A stretch of 64,000 nt of DNA from Nymphaea colorata (Eukaryota): the NCBI RefSeq assembly GCF_008831285.2, contig NC_045138.2:17546001-17610000 (forward strand). Direction: 5' to 3'. Below the pieces are notes generated by a model. The model was not told where the DNA came from, made no database searches, and was given only the letters and a program-made list of their open reading frames with translations. Each line of letters starts with the position of its first letter. Position 1 is the stretch's first letter. Both the position numbers and the translations under genes were made by a program. Shown piece after piece: positions 23,539-36,300 of this stretch.

Positions 23539-25488
23539 TCAAGCAAGTTTTAGGTATAAAACATTGACATCTGTTGGGAAGCACATTTGCTTATCAATCA
23601 TTTCAAGCAAGGAATGTATCTCTTCAAGCTGAGAGTGTGAATCATCCCCAGCTAGAAATTCATGGACTATGCCATCCACATCTATTGAGCTACACCCTGG
23701 TGCTTTTCTTTTCCCTTTTGTTTTCTGTTCTTTCCTTAACCTTCGAACACCATCCCATTTGGCAGCTTCTGCATAAATATTTGATAATAGAACATGGATC
23801 CCACAATCAGTAGGGTCCAACTCCAGCAGTCTCTCCGCAGCAATCTCACCCAGTTCAACATTATTGTGAACTCTACATGCACTGAGCAAAGCCCCCCATA
23901 TCACTGGATTTGGTTCAAATGGCATCTCGGATATTAGCTGATGCGCTTCTGTCAGTCGCCCTGCCCGACCAAAGATGTCCACCATGCATCCATAGTGTTC
24001 AATTTCTGGTCGGATTTCGTACATTTTCTCCATCATATAAAAAAGTCGACGACCTTCACTGGTCAGGCCTGCATGGGCACATGCACTTAAAAGTCCAAGA
24101 AACGTAACTCCATCTGGTTTTACATCTAATTGCTGCATACAGGAGAAGAGGTGCAAGGCATCTTGTCCGCGACCGTGCATAGCAAGCCCACATATCATAG
24201 ATGTCCATGTTAACAGACCCCTTTTATGAACCTTACTGAAAATCTGCAGAGCTCTGTCAACACTACCACATTTTGAGTACATGTCAATGATAGCGCAGTC
24301 TAAGAAACCATCCAAATTCAAGCTGTTCTTCTCTATGAAGGAATGAACCCACATGCCCATTCCTAGAGCTCCGAGGCCAGCACATGAGGATAGCACCGGA
24401 AGCATGGTTACACTGTTGGGTTTTACACCAGACAACCCCATGTCATTAAACAGTGCTAAGGCCTGCTTGTGTCGTCCAGCTCCAGCAAGCCCAGCTATTA
24501 ATGTGTTCCATGATATAATATCCTTCTTCACCATCTTACCGAACAAATCACAGGCCATATCTGTGGCACCGCTTTTGACACATTGGTGAATCATGGAATT
24601 CCAAGCTACTACATCTTTATGTGGCATCTCATAAAAAACTTGGAAAGAAGATTCCAGATCTTCGCAATCAGCATACACACCCGACAATTCAATGGCAACA
24701 AAAGCATCTGTTTCAAACCCCCTTTTTCTTATAGAACCATGTAGCTTCCTAACCACACTCAATTCCTTCAGCTGACAGCAGGCTGGAAGAATTGTCGCCA
24801 TCGTCACTGCATCAGGCACAACACCAGCTGTCTCCATATCGGAGAAAAGTTCCAAAGCCTCCATATACTGGTTCTCGCAGACATACCCACGAATCATCGA
24901 AGTCCACATAACAATTCCTCGTTGAGGAATTTCATCAAACAATCGGCGTGCACAGTCGACAATGCCACATCCAACATAAAAACCGATAATTCCACAGGCC
25001 ACGAACTCGCTCGACCCAAATCCCATTTTCACAACATTGCAGTGAGCTTGTTCCCCATCTGATCTGGCAATACAAGCCCTGATAAGAAACAAGAAGGTGT
25101 GGCTGTCAGGAGAGATGCCGGCGACGCGCATCTCTCTATAGAGAGAAAAGGGCCAGGTAGGCTCAGACCGGGCAACATTGATCATGGTATTCCAACTGAA
25201 GAGATTGGGACGCTCAATTTGCCTGAAAACTTTGTGGGCATGGTGCAAATCAGGCAATGCAGGTGAAGCAAGGAGCTTGCTGGCCAGAAAACCGTCGGCA
25301 ATGATGCCTGTCACGATCAAGTGACAGTGTAACTGGCAAAAATGATCAGCAGTGACAATTCTTCCGATCAACGGAATTACACATTGAGTTCGGTAATCTA
25401 TAGAAATGAAATGGTTGGTGTGAACGAATGATGCACGAACTCTGCGCAGAAGACGAAACAATTCTATGCAATGCTTCGGACGGAGCAT
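23539..25488 (-). CDS. PLS-class pentatricopeptide repeat protein, E+ subgroup (organellar RNA editing factor type), ~649 aa, intronless
   Basis: Repeated P/L/S motifs (SWNTMI, WTSMIRGY, IDMYSKCGS, GVTFLGLLSACAHAG, EHYGCMVDIFGRAG), E domain (IWGALLSACRVH, VLLSNIYA), PG box (PGCSSIDVDGIVHEFLAGD); no DYW. First in-frame ATG is at 25488, with an upstream in-frame stop at 25540-25542. Confidence 0.95.
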   Translation of the reverse strand: MLRPKHCIELFRLLRRVRASFVHTNHFISIDYRTQCVIPLIGRIVTADHFCQLHCHLIVTGIIADGFLASKLLASPALPDLHHAHKVFRQIERPNLFSWNTMINVARSEPTWPFSLYREMRVAGISPDSHTFLFLIRACIARSDGEQAHCNVVKMGFGSSEFVACGIIGFYVGCGIVDCARRLFDEIPQRGIVMWTSMIRGYVCENQYMEALELFSDMETAGVVPDAVTMATILPACCQLKELSVVRKLHGSIRKRGFETDAFVAIELSGVYADCEDLESSFQVFYEMPHKDVVAWNSMIHQCVKSGATDMACDLFGKMVKKDIISWNTLIAGLAGAGRHKQALALFNDMGLSGVKPNSVTMLPVLSSCAGLGALGMGMWVHSFIEKNSLNLDGFLDCAIIDMYSKCGSVDRALQIFSKVHKRGLLTWTSMICGLAMHGRGQDALHLFSCMQQLDVKPDGVTFLGLLSACAHAGLTSEGRRLFYMMEKMYEIRPEIEHYGCMVDIFGRAGRLTEAHQLISEMPFEPNPVIWGALLSACRVHNNVELGEIAAERLLELDPTDCGIHVLLSNIYAEAAKWDGVRRLRKEQKTKGKRKAPGCSSIDVDGIVHEFLAGDDSHSQLEEIHSLLEMIDKQMCFPTDVNVLYLKLA

Positions 25489-26445
25489 GAAAAATAAGAG
25501 GGGAGGTGGTGACACGGAAGACAAGAAGCAATGCTCTAGCTACGCATTTATTTGCAGGGTGAGATAAATCTGTGTTTGAATGGTGAGGTAAGGGTGTCAA
25601 GAGACAACTGCATTTCAGAACCAAATTCCCAAATCTAAAGGCATGCTTGAGTGGTGAGAAAAGGTGCTGTCAACCGTCAAGAGGAACCAATGCTCAGACA
25701 TGAGATGAGATGTCTCAGGCACCAATGTTCATAATCAAGTTGCTGCGGTCGCCTATTCATAGAAGTGCTCTTCGTAATGGTTGCCAAATGAATGCCATCT
25801 TCCAGTTTGAATAGTCTTGAACTTATGAAAAAGTAATAAATTCAGCAAAGGACAGTATCAAAGATGAACACAGAAAATCTGATTAAAAACTCGAAGAGAG
25901 AAACTAGAAAAACCACAATGAGTATCTGATACTGTAGCCTTTCCCTGTACAATATGTAAACAAATATGAACACCTTTAATATAGAATTCTATGTTAAATA
26001 GCTAACTAGTACTGTAACAAGATTCGACCAACCAATGAGGCAAGTTAACAGTAGAAAAACACGAGTGAATTATTATAACCAAAACCACAAAGGTATAATG
26101 CAGGAAAACACTAATTTGCTATTAAAATGGAAAACATATACAATTCTTAACCCTAATAACGACGGGAAAACGTTGAGCTTGTATGCAAGCTCCCTTGGAA
26201 AAAGCCTGTCGTTCGTTCGCAGGAAAGGCATAACCTTCATCATCGGGAAAAAGAAGAACGGGCAGTAGAAAAGAAAAGAAGAGACTTGTTCCAATGAAGG
26301 ATCGCTGAGAGGTAAAATGAAAAAATGTATGTACGAGAAATTTTACCTTGTTTTAGTTCTGGTATTTTAATACAGATCCGATTCTTTTACAAATTTCAGA
26401 TCTATTATCGAGTCAATTTCATTTGATCCATATCCGATCCGTTTC

Positions 26446-26543
26446 TATATAAGGACCCAATTTAGGGTTTTAGGGTTCTCCTCTTGTGGCAACAAGTGCT
26501 GTGTCGCTCCTCTGCTTCCGGCGATTTCGTCCATCCTCGAGAG
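26446..26543 (+). promoter_or_regulatory. RPS28 core promoter and non-coding first exon
   Basis: TATATAA at 26446, reverse telo-box TAGGGTTT at 26463-26470 (typical of ribosomal protein genes), donor GAG|GTAATT at 26544; candidate acceptors CAG at 28187-28189 or 28197-28199. Confidence 0.7.
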
Positions 26544-26825
26544 GTAATTAACCTTTACTGTTCCTGTTCCTAATCTACCTTAGATCCTCGGAGATCGATT
26601 TTCCTGATAATTGGTTACTCGTCTCTTTTCTTCTTCTTCCCGTTTTTCTGTATTTTGTTGTCTTGTAGAGGTTGTTATATCTGCTGCACTTACATTGTGT
26701 ATATGTATGGGTTTGCACAAATAATGCGTTGAAAGGTAAAACTATCTTGTTGTGTCGAGATGGAATTGAGACTTGATGACATGCTCGGCTGGGTTTTGTT
26801 CGGACGCATGAGGATATTTTTATTG

Positions 26826-26997
26826 CTTGTGGAAGACACACGGTTAGGCTTTATGTCAGGGTCTCCAAGGGAAGGCTCGGTTGGCCTATTATTGGGGAGA
26901 CCCTTGACTACATCTTCCATGGCTACACCTCCACGCCTGAGGATTTCATGGTGAAACGACGTGCCCTCTAGGCATATCATCATCGTGATCAGTGTTG
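26826..26997 (+). ncRNA. Candidate structured intronic RNA (snoRNA-like) in the RPS28 leader intron
   Basis: Stems TGGAAGA/TCTTCCA and GTCAGGGTCTCC/GGAGACCCTTGAC, followed by ACA; second stem TCATGGTGA/TCATCGTGA; GC-rich island in a T-rich intron. Confidence 0.35.
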
Positions 26998-27506
26998 TCG
27001 TTGTTAGTGACTGTAATTGTTATGTGGCACCATAACCGTGCTATATGTTGGTTGAATTTGGTTGAGAATTTTGAGGGCAAGGATTTTGTTCATTTCAATG
27101 TTTCTGTATGGAGTCTTTCCCCTACTCTCTATTCCGTGGTTGCGTTATTCTTTTCAGCATCCCTTTTCCGTTTTTTTTTTTGGTACCGGAAAAAGTTTGT
27201 CAGGTTTCATGGTGGAAAAAGGACGAACTCGTTTATCCCTCAAATTGTATATCATAAGTGTCGGCAATGTTTTTTGAATTTTCTTTGTTCCTTTTTTCTG
27301 TTTCCACTTCTGTGCAGTCAGTCTTATTATGTTCACAACGCCTTATCATCCTCAATTCTACTATGATAGAAACCTGAGAAATTTGTAGTAGTTTTGTATC
27401 TTCAAGATTGCAGTTTCGAGTATTAGATCTGACCTGTTTTTTCTGTCCTTGATTGCCTGCTGGTTGGTGCAGTAGCATGTTATGCCTCTCATCTCCTTTC
27501 CCTCTC

Positions 27507-27511
<5 letters not shown>

Positions 27512-27599
<88 letters not shown>

Positions 27600-27622
27600 C
27601 GTGTGTGTGTGTGTGCGTGCGT
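27512..27622. repeat. Compound (CT)n(AT)n(GT)n microsatellite
   Basis: Directly visible. Confidence 0.95.
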
Positions 27623-28200
27623 GCACACCTGTGTGTTGGAAAAGGAGGTTGTACGTGTAAGATGAAATGATGTCATTGAGAATTAATAAGAATATGTAAT
27701 TTTACCTTAGCATCTTAGACTGGTCGACTGGATTCATCTCACACCACAAAATTTTCTGCTTCCCACTTGCATGTACACTACACATTTGAGGTGTATTCAT
27801 GAAATTCTGGAAAAACAGAAAGAAAGATATGCCGATCCTCCTGATATTAATAGATTATATAATGTCCCAATATGTGTAAAATTTACAGTTGCTGTAACGT
27901 GTTTTTGCTGGTTAGCAACTGAGGACATCTTGGTTTCCAAGTAAACCCCTTTCTTCTCTTATAATATATATGCCAAGTGTCTTTCGGCTGAACATCCAAT
28001 GCTCTGGTTGCGTGCAAGTTATAAAACTTAGTTTTCTACCGTATAGAGCATGATGAGCATTGTAGATTTGTTGAGTAATTTTTTCACAGGAAATGTATGA
28101 GTAGTCATTAGTTTTCTTCTCTGTTTTGATTTTTCATGGTTTTCTTGGGAACACGGTATCTGATTCTTTGAGCATTTTCTTGCTGCCAGCTGCAAACAGA

Positions 28201-28398
28201 ATGGATACTCAAGTCAAACTTGCCGTCGTTGTTAAAGTGATGGGCCGAACTGGTTCCCGTGGGCAAGTGACTCAGGTCAGAGTCAAGTTTCTGGATGATC
28301 AGAATCGACTGATCATGAGGAATGTTAAAGGACCTGTTAGAGAAGGAGACATTCTCACCCTTCTCGAGTCAGAAAGAGAAGCGAGGAGGTTGCGCTGA
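28201..28398 (+). CDS. RPS28: 40S ribosomal protein S28 (eS28), 65 aa
   Basis: [65 protein letters not shown] is the canonical plant eS28. Confidence 0.98.
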   Translation: MDTQVKLAVVVKVMGRTGSRGQVTQVRVKFLDDQNRLIMRNVKGPVREGDILTLLESEREARRLR

Positions 28399-31300
28399 AG
28401 ATGGCCGTTTTGCTTTTTATTTTTGGATGTGGTGAATGTCAATTTTGAAGGGACGTTTCTGTCTGAATTCCGATCAAGCATGTCAGGAAACTATTGTTTT
28501 GTTGCGTTTCAGTTGATGGCTTTATCTGTACTTTGAGGACACACCTCTAGATTATCTGACTATTTGTTTGGTTGCTAGCAGTTTTTGCGATTATGCTGCA
28601 TCTTATTTGATTGTTATTGGGTAATCTTATCTGTTTTTAGTACACTGGGTGTACTAAAATCTTGCATTCAATGGGTGTTGGGTTTCAGATTTTCTTATGA
28701 GGTTGGACTAATAGGGATTTCAACAATTGGATGCAACCCTGTCAAGGGAGACACCTCACTTATTAATCAAGAACTAAGGAATCCGCAGAATTATCACTAG
28801 CAAGTAGAGCAGAACAAAAATCTTTATAGAGGAGACAAGAACCACTGTACGGGAGATAGGGTCTTCCAGAAAACCCCGATAATCTCGGAGAAGTTCTGTA
28901 GTAAGGTGAATCAAGTAAACACCTTGCTGTTGGGATCTGAAACAAACTCTTTATAGAAGGATAGGGAAGACCGCAAGAGTTACAATACTCAAATGCACCT
29001 TCTGTGGACGCCATTCCTTCAAGCTTAAGATCAGATTCACCCCGTCTTTCACTGTAAAAATACATTTCCACAATGAACTCCTATTTGAAGGAATGCTGTG
29101 AACGCCCTCCTGCTTGTGATCACAAAAGCCACCTTATGTGCCTTCTTCCTGACACGGGCACCACTTCATAGTGGAATGAGATTGCAAAGGTGGGTTCGAA
29201 AAATTGGGAATGATACCGATTTTCAGTCACAGGAAGATGTATTTGTGGTGTGCGTTGGCCAAAGATTGATTCAGAACTAAGTCTCTTAAATCATCCCAAA
29301 GCACGCGATGAAACTCACCGGAGTGCATGCCTTGCTTCTATGGTAGATAGAGTTGAATATTCTCTATTTTTTCTGAACTGCTACAGGAAGGATCATGTTC
29401 CATATCCTTGGTGTCTATCCCTGCTTAAGGGAGAAGGTTCTCTACTTCTTAATCCCGCAGAGATTGTCATAGAAGAGTAAGTTCTTGTAGACATTTCTGG
29501 TGATGAAAGACTGCACCCTTTTAGCAAAATTGCACATGAAGAATATGTAGCTTGTGGATTCTTCGGTGGCCTAGTAGATGCAACAAAACTGGCAGGAAAA
29601 AACCCATCTTCTTCATTATCCAAGCAGTGAGCATTCAAATCTTCGCATGCTAAATATAGGAACCATTTGGAATTGGGGGTGGACGGATGATGCTTAATTT
29701 CGATCTCTCTATTCCCACGCATCAGACAGTATTTACTGACATCGAGTGTAGCACCTCTGAAGGCGTTGCGAATTGAAGTTGAGCGTATCCTTAGGTGTCA
29801 TTTATCATCTTGAGAGAGAGAAACCATGGGAGAAGATGAAGACATCTCAGCAGAAACAATGTGTGAACATAAGACGTGAAATGATAAATGGGTCTCTAAG
29901 CAAAGCACGTAAACGTTTCTATATTCATGGAGATACGGAACAACGTATAAGTTATCATGCTTGCATATCCATCCATCATTTGAGTCTCCAATCATTATTT
30001 AATTACATATCAGATTTGACCTATGGACGAATATGCATGCTTCTTTGAGTAATATTAATGAGATTCCCCAAATTACCTTTCTTTCACATGTGGCTCGATC
30101 AAAACCTTCAAGGAAATACAGGTGGCCAGAAAACTCATTACCAGCAATCACAGTGCGTTAAAAAATAATAATTCTCAAATTAATCAATATCCCTTTGTCC
30201 GTATTTCATCAGTATTTCAAAAATGCGCGATATTTTCTTGATATCGCATAATCAGTGACTCTACGTAGTTAGCGCCATGGTCCTTTCATGGTTTGTTGTC
30301 ACAAACTTCTGCCAGCATTTCCACTCACACTTTGACTGAATAATCGAGTGACCCTTCTCTCAAACAGGAGCATTGGTGGGGCTGGACTTCTTTCTTGGAT
30401 CTGAATTTGAAGAAAAATGATCTTCTGATTACACTATTTGTGTTTCTGGCATTGAAATGAATCCAATTCTGCTTTGACATGTGCAAAGGAATGATAGCAT
30501 CAAATTCTCCCTTTTATCTTTCTAAAGCAACATCTCACTTTTGCAATTGTATGGTAGCCCTCTATGCTGCTACATCTATGGCCACTTCTGTCACCATTCT
30601 TTTCTTTCATGTCCCTCTGATCACAGCCCTGCGGTTGGTAAAGTAGAAGAAAAGGCCCTAGGTTTGTTCTTTTCTTTTTTCTTCTAATCTCTACTTCTGC
30701 CTTTTGAGACCAAAAAATCCACCAATTGATCCTGCAATCAGTAGGATTGCAATTAGTCTGCGATGATGTAAAGGCTCTGGATTCTGATCGGGCCTGGGCA
30801 TTACAAGTTCAGAATCATAGAGATCGATGAGGAAATATATAATTGAATCTGGTCAGTTCAGGATCGTTCAATTGCATTTAGCTGGATCTGGATTGACATG
30901 CAAACCTTCATAATAGATATGCATGTGGTTATTAATCGGGCACAGGTTCGGTGTGTTGGCTTCTGCCAGTGTCAAGAAAATTGGGTTTTGAATTTACCCA
31001 GATCGCAATTTAACTGAATCTGTAATGAACAGGCAAAAATGTTGTTATATTTATTTTAAAATAGTTAATAGATAGTCAAGAATAAGAAAATTTGGATTTG
31101 GATTTTTTCTCTTTGTTTTCCGAGATAGCAATCGAATTCTTATTTGGAAGTGAGAATGATTTGTTTAATTATTTTCCACTTCATACTTGGCGATAGACAA
31201 GTTATATTAGTTGTTGGACCTCTGGTTCTCTTAAACCTATAGGAAATACCATAAGTTTCTTATCAATCTTTTACTTTTAGATGATGCTCCGGGTGAGCGC

Positions 31301-33197
31301 AAGGAATCCCACTGCCTGAATGAGAGCCGGTGCTTGAAGCAAGTAACTATGTACTATGACTAGGTACACGGGAATCAAATGAAAACACACCTTTCCGTAA
31401 CAACGCCTGCAAACCAGCTTACTATGCCCCTTGAAGCAATCTTCCCAACGATGCTTGCTCCAGAAGCATCTAACTGCGTGTTTTCTAGTGCTTTCTCAAA
31501 TTTACAGGAAGCTTTCTTAAAATGTGGTCGCTCTTTAACAGATAGATATTCTTTCTTGATATTGGAATTTTCTTTTTATGCTCAAACAGTGTACTTTCTG
31601 GTTGATTTAAAACTTTTTTCTGTAATAAGATTGGAAATAATGTATTTCGCAAATGCTTCCGACATGTACTAAAGATAAGAAAGGGGCATGATAGCTAATT
31701 ATGTGTTTATATTTTCTATGAACATACCAATTATTGCTCTTGTTCTTGGTGGTGTTGTTTTCACTGTTCATTAACATAACTGACAAGGAGTTCTTCGAGG
31801 ACCATACCATTTTGTCTTGAGAACACTTTAGGAAGCTAAAACTTTAATCGCAGACTACAAATCCAAGAGTATCCATCTTATCCCCCTTCCCCTCTCCCTT
31901 TTTACGACATTTTATTCCCTTACAGTGACTTGCTTTTACGAGTAAAAATCAGATCACTTTTCATTTACACCTTTCTAAGTTCCCCAAAAAACCAGAACCC
32001 TTCATGTGATTGTCATTATACTCTCAGAAACATCTGTTATGTAACCCAAGTTACTGGGTGACACAAGCAGATGGTGGCTTGTTCTGAGTTCACCTTTGCT
32101 CCTTGCAAGTTTCTTCATCACTAAGTTTCAGATGACCAAGATGGCACCAATCTCATGAGAACATCTCTCCCTCTCCCTGGCTGTGTATACTGTCATATTT
32201 ATAGGGGGATTCAACGCCATTGTTTTATTTCATGACAAAGGAACATTCAAAAAGTAGGGTCTGCTCCTTCAGAGTAAAACCTTGAGTGAACCCTGAACGT
32301 CATGCAATGTAGTGCCGTTGATTTGCGATTGTTGATTCTGATATACATATCGAATTGTTGATTTTCTTCAAGAATGAGGGGCCCTTGTAAGCTCAAACTT
32401 ATATTTAGATTGGCAGATAAATCAATGCACTGATCGCATATATCTCCATACTCTTCTTTGGATATACAGATCTCATTCAGTTTATGTTCATATAGCAGCT
32501 TTAATTAAGGAGGAAAGAGGAATACTGGCTTCTAGTGGCTTTAGTGGGTAATAATAGTATAGGTTAGGTTGAGGAAGATGCTGCTGCCTCCAGCATGTAC
32601 CTCTCCTTGAGGTTGGTGAAAAGCCAACCAAAGGAGAAAAAAAGGCCTACTGATGCACTGAGCACAATAACCACAACTTTTTCCTTGCTTCTTTATTTAC
32701 GAGTCTCTGTCTTTTCTCTCTCAATTATTGCTAGTGTGCTCAAGAGGAGCTTTGAAAAAAATCCATCCACCTCATACTCAACTAAGCAGTTCATACTCAA
32801 TTTCTCTATTGACCCCAATGCCAATGCATCCCCTTTTGAGCCACCCACAACTTCCGGTTCAAAATTGACATCCCTGTCTTCAAATTGCCCGAAATTCAAA
32901 TAAAATAAAGGCAGAAGTGGATTGTCAATCTGTGTCCATGCCTCCATATTTATTATTTGTATATTTTTTATGTCCAACTGAACTTTCATAATGGGGCCCT
33001 TATCCCACTACCGACCACAAACCGTCAAAAAGTTTTTTGGAAATCCAACTCCACATTTCATTGTTCCCATCCCCACCAAAAAGCAGCAAAAACCAATTTC
33101 ACAGTTCACCCCTTCACCCCAATCAACCAAAAAAGTAAAAGGAATATTAAGATTTTTCTAGTCACAGTATCATTAATATTTGAAGAGATTGCCACAG

Positions 33198-33230
<33 letters not shown>

Positions 33231-33331
33231 CCAAGCCCATAACCCAATCAGAGAATCAACCCCTGATCATGAACCATGGGCGCAGGTTCTCGTGGTCAGC
33301 ATGCCATGAGGTGCTAAGGGAGCAGGGAGTA

Positions 33332-36300
33332 CTATGATTGTGTGCTTGGTTCTGGTTTGACTCTGGTAGCAGGTGCATCTGGCTGGTGTGTGTGGTACAT
33401 GGCCATGGCCAGTGAGATGGGCATGAGGCAGAGGTCCTTAGACTGGAGGAACTGCATGGCTGCACCCACATCCTCTTCCATGAGCTTAGCAACCTGCCGC
33501 TCTGTTCCATCCGCGGACCATTTGTCCCAAACTTGTTGTTGCTGCGGTTGCTTGGATGAACCTCCACTTGCTTCTCCCTGCACTCAACACATCACACATC
33601 ATACATAGGCATGGTGACAGAACTGAGCAAAAAAATGGCTCCTATATCGACAATACATCAACAAAAAACTGATTAAGTTAAATCACAGGAAAACAGAATG
33701 GTTTTATTTGTCAAGAGATAACATAAATGTAAATAGAAAAACCTAAATTATGATATTTTCGTCAAATCAGAATACACACTCTTTGCTATTAAAGATGGCA
33801 AATATCATGTTCTTTTGACAGTGTTCTCATTCCTTATACATACAACTATATAATATACAACCACTCTAAACACAAGTTTAATGTGGCAGATGGAATAATG
33901 GGCTGATAAAGCTCCACTATCCAGACATTGTTCCCAAGATTCGAATCCCAAGAAGAGACATCTACACACCAGCCTGCTCCAGTAAAAAAAAAAAAGGAAA
34001 AGAATAAAGAAGCACCTAATTCGATGCTAAAGGGCTAACAGACAATTTGCTTGCTTAAATAAATCCGATGACGACTGAGAAGTCATATTGGCAGTAGGCG
34101 TATTGCGAGGATATCCTTTGTTTGGCACACAATTTATGCCATTCTTTGAAATAAAACAAAAAAAGTGCTAAATTTTCTCAAGAATGAAGTACATAATGGG
34201 TGCTATTGTATTGTTTGCATGCCTCAAATGCACATCCACCTTTTCTGCAGACATAAATACGAGCAAACATGGAAAAAGGAAATACTGTTTCTGGACCACG
34301 CAGGCCCCAATATTCTTAGTCATGGAAAAAGTAGGAATGTGAATTGAGTTATACTGAAGAGTTGAGTCCTTTAATAAAAATCTTCAAAATATGCCCAGAG
34401 ATAATTTCTCTACCAAAAGAAGCAAAAGGTGCACAGCTTGTCTCGTCTGTTTAAGTGATATAATCACAACTGTAAATGCAATGGACACAAGTACAGACAA
34501 CAACTGGAAAGCTTATTCCAGAATTGAATTTATCATTTCAGAAAAGGTAAAATTAGGCAAGGATAAATATAGATTTTAAATGAAATATCACCTCGATAGT
34601 GGGAGATGGGATGTCAGCCACTAGTTGCGCAACAGTTCCTGCCCCACCTAGCCTGCTCATGCTTAACACCTGTTAAAGTTTAATCAACACTTTACTAAGT
34701 TACAATATCTAGACAAAAATATGTCCTAACAGACAAAAAGGAGTATCTCTGCTTCTACTTTCACTCAGGATCCTAAAAGTGATAGGAATGAAAGACGTGC
34801 ATCATTGTCAAGCTGATAAATGGGGTGCCAGCTAGACTAGCCACTTTGCATAATTTTTTGAAATGAGTTAAAAGAAGCATCTGATAGTGAGAGTCACCAC
34901 ATTTAACAATGACATGAAACTACTGCATATCCAGCCAACTACACTATGATATAATGATTAAGCTTATGAAATCCACCATTCCTGCATATCTAGTGAACCA
35001 TCCACAGAAGTGCTTAGGCAGTCCTTAATATGACGATGAATCAGAAAGTGAAATGCATAAACATAAAGCAAATGCCACATGAGTAAAAAGCAAAATGAAT
35101 ATAGCAAACTGCTGGTGCATTATGGCTAGTAGAGAGGAAAATTTCCCCAATTAATAGAGAAAGAGAGAGAGCTTTCGCCAATTAGTAGGAGAGAGCAACA
35201 TTACATTTACTTGTAATCTGAGAAACTTTACGTAGTCCATAATTTCGTCAAGCATGGCTGCTCTGTCCGTCTGCATAAAGATTAAGGAAAGCAAATAAAC
35301 AAAATTAAAAATTAAATTTAAAAATTTGAAAACAGGAAAAAATGGGAAATTACAGTGACAAATGGGTAATGTCCAAGTGTCCACATTGCGTGTTTCTGAA
35401 AATAGGTAATACTTGACATGGAGGAAGATGAGTTGACTATCGAACAACAAAGACCATATTTTTTAATTTTCAGAGAATTTATCCAGCTAGGATGATATCC
35501 ATAAAGCTTGGAGGACCAAGAGGTTGGTCAAACAAGCATCACTTTCTTCAAGAAACAGTGTTTCTGTGTATCCAGACAACTAGATGAGGCTTTCTAACAT
35601 TAATAGTTGGCATTTATTAGGTTAAGAGCAATTACTCAGCTCATCATAACTTGTTCACAAATATGCGAATGACGTATATGGCTCCAGAAAATGAAAGCCT
35701 CCTTGAAAAACAGGCATGCTAGGCAAGGGCCTAGAACTACTCCAGCGACAACAAGATTAAAGCACTACAGGCTAAATGGTGCCATATCACTGTCAATTAT
35801 GTGGGGCCAGCACTGTACAGCCATGATGATTGACCTAGAAAACAATACATTGATTGTGCCGGAGCAGTAGGCGTAGGATAAGTTGAAGGAAATGCAATGC
35901 TTTATTCCATGACACCCTGATCCCTTCAGAAGAGGTGGCATTTGTGGGGCCAAGCACAACAACTATCTCAGAATTACATGGCAGCATGAAGCACAAGAAG
36001 GTCATATGCAATCCTCCAAGGTCACACATTTCCAGAATTCAATTTTCAACCGAACACCAGGACAAATGTTGAAAAAGCGTCTGCATGTAAAACTAATTTC
36101 AAGCCACTGTTGAGAAGAATAGGATCAAATTTTTTTTATTCACTATTTGATGCTGGATGTTCTGATGGATGAATGGCCATGCATTGCAGATAATTTGACA
36201 CTGATACTTGTCCCTCACATAAGCCTTCTCTTCACGTCTTCATGACAATTGTTCTCCCAGGAAATAGTGATAACAAACAAGCAAGAACACTATGTAGATG

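Noticed and set aside
27233..27676. 147-aa ORF with HT/IY/ER runs
   Set aside because: Translation of a compound microsatellite.
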